From Callorhinchus milii (lineage: Eukaryota), in the NCBI RefSeq assembly GCF_018977255.1, contig NW_024704742.1:38008001-38072000 (forward strand): a stretch of 64,000 nt of DNA. Reading direction: 5' to 3'. How positions within the stretch are numbered: the first letter of the stretch is position 1; every line of letters starts with the position of its first letter. The translations under genes were made by a program, and so were the position numbers. A model generated the notes under the pieces. It did no database searches. It was not told the DNA's origin and worked only from the letters and a program-made list of their open reading frames with translations. Shown here piece by piece: positions 63,165 through 64,000 of the stretch.

Positions 63165-63430
63165 CGCATGTGGGAAACCCATCACCATGATTCAGAATAT
63201 TCAAACCAGACTGAGAGTTCCACATACGTATGCCACCTGTACATGGAAATTTTGCTGTGTCTGGAATTGATTGTGGACTCTCTACCTGGAGGGCACATAC
63301 TTACCTCATTCCAGAAAGTATTATGAGCAGGTTAGCAAGAGCCAACTCTTGGGGAACCAAAGCTCCCGAGTCCCCAGTGGCATGATGTCCCTTGCAAGCA
63401 GCACACTGACACATTTCCTGCACAAGTGCC
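63165..63430 (+). mobile_element. Repeat family X, copy 5
   Basis: catcaccatg...aaaccagactgag...ccacct...catggaaat...ctctc..cctggagg.cacat...agcaagagccaa...ggggaaccaaag matches the reverse complement of 53370-53575. Confidence 0.65.
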
Positions 63431-63859
63431 ATAATCCATTTTGAGCAGAATTGCGGATTACATTATTATATTGCAAACAGTTTGTCTAAGCAGTACTTTT
63501 TTTGTCTAGCTTGTTTTTGTCTTTTACTTACACAGGCTAGATATGAAATGCAACATAGAGTGCAAATGTTCACTCCAATGTTACTTAAAATACATAAAAC
63601 TGGTCGCTTTCAGTCCACTATTTACCACTGTATTTAGGGTTTCAGCAACAACGACTTGCACCTACATAGCACCTTTCATGTGGTTTCAAAGTGCTTCAGA
63701 CTCTCTCTGCAGCTCAATAAAGTTACTGAGCCTTGGCAGTGAACATGGTTAACTCCCATTTGTGAGCAAGTTACCTTGATCTTGTGCAAATTATGATGGG
63801 GAAAATGCCAGTTATATAGAGTGCTGGTCAGACCTCATTTAGTGTTCAGTTTTGTAGAC

Positions 63860-64000
63860 ACCTCTTCCCTTTGGTAAAGGTATCCATTACAAGGGAAAAA
63901 TCAGATGGTTAGATCTTAAAATGGATCTTAAAATCAAATATGGTCAGAACTGTGACCAGGAAACAATTTTTCACACAGAGGGTTGTGAAGGTGTAGAATT
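63860..64000 (+). mobile_element. CR1 ORF2 C-terminal fragment, running off the window
   Basis: aggaaacaatttttcacacagagggttgtgaaggtg (RKQFFTQRVVKV). Confidence 0.75.

Noticed and set aside
1..64000. Known miRNAs, snoRNAs, rRNA, and scattered AP-1/TEAD motifs
   Set aside because: Only seed-length matches were seen (for example tgaggtag near 5826 and tggaatgtaaa near 33343), without matching mature sequence. Short motifs were not clearly above chance by eye.

Overview
Repeat-rich, AT-rich vertebrate DNA, mostly intronic or intergenic. The repeat set suggests a cartilaginous fish, probably a holocephalan such as elephant shark (inference, not verified). It includes L2-clade LINEs with (TGT)n tails, CR1 3' fragments, a tRNA-Ala-headed SINE with CORE/Meta-like and Deu-like parts in long and short subfamilies, older SacSINE1-like and AmnSINE2-like SINEs. 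The only long ORF (10424-11812) is the RT end of a young 5'-truncated L2 with a 9-bp target duplication; almost all other listed ORFs are repeat-derived or chance. No host gene could be named. Candidate genic signals: two in-frame minus-strand exons at 253-620 (MPGRKSRKLTGQNICYK...), two divergent in-frame plus-strand exons at 1045-1874, and isolated plus-strand donor sites or small exons near 16.3, 39.2 and 51.4 kb. The most unusual item is a five-copy repeat family with compressed, degenerate RT/RNase H-like motifs resembling DIRS/Ngaro retrotransposons. Nested insertions, a SINE-LINE tail match and several perfect hairpins are also reported. I found no convincing evidence of a wholly new biological system. 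Repeat boundaries are approximate and family names come from recall, not a database search.
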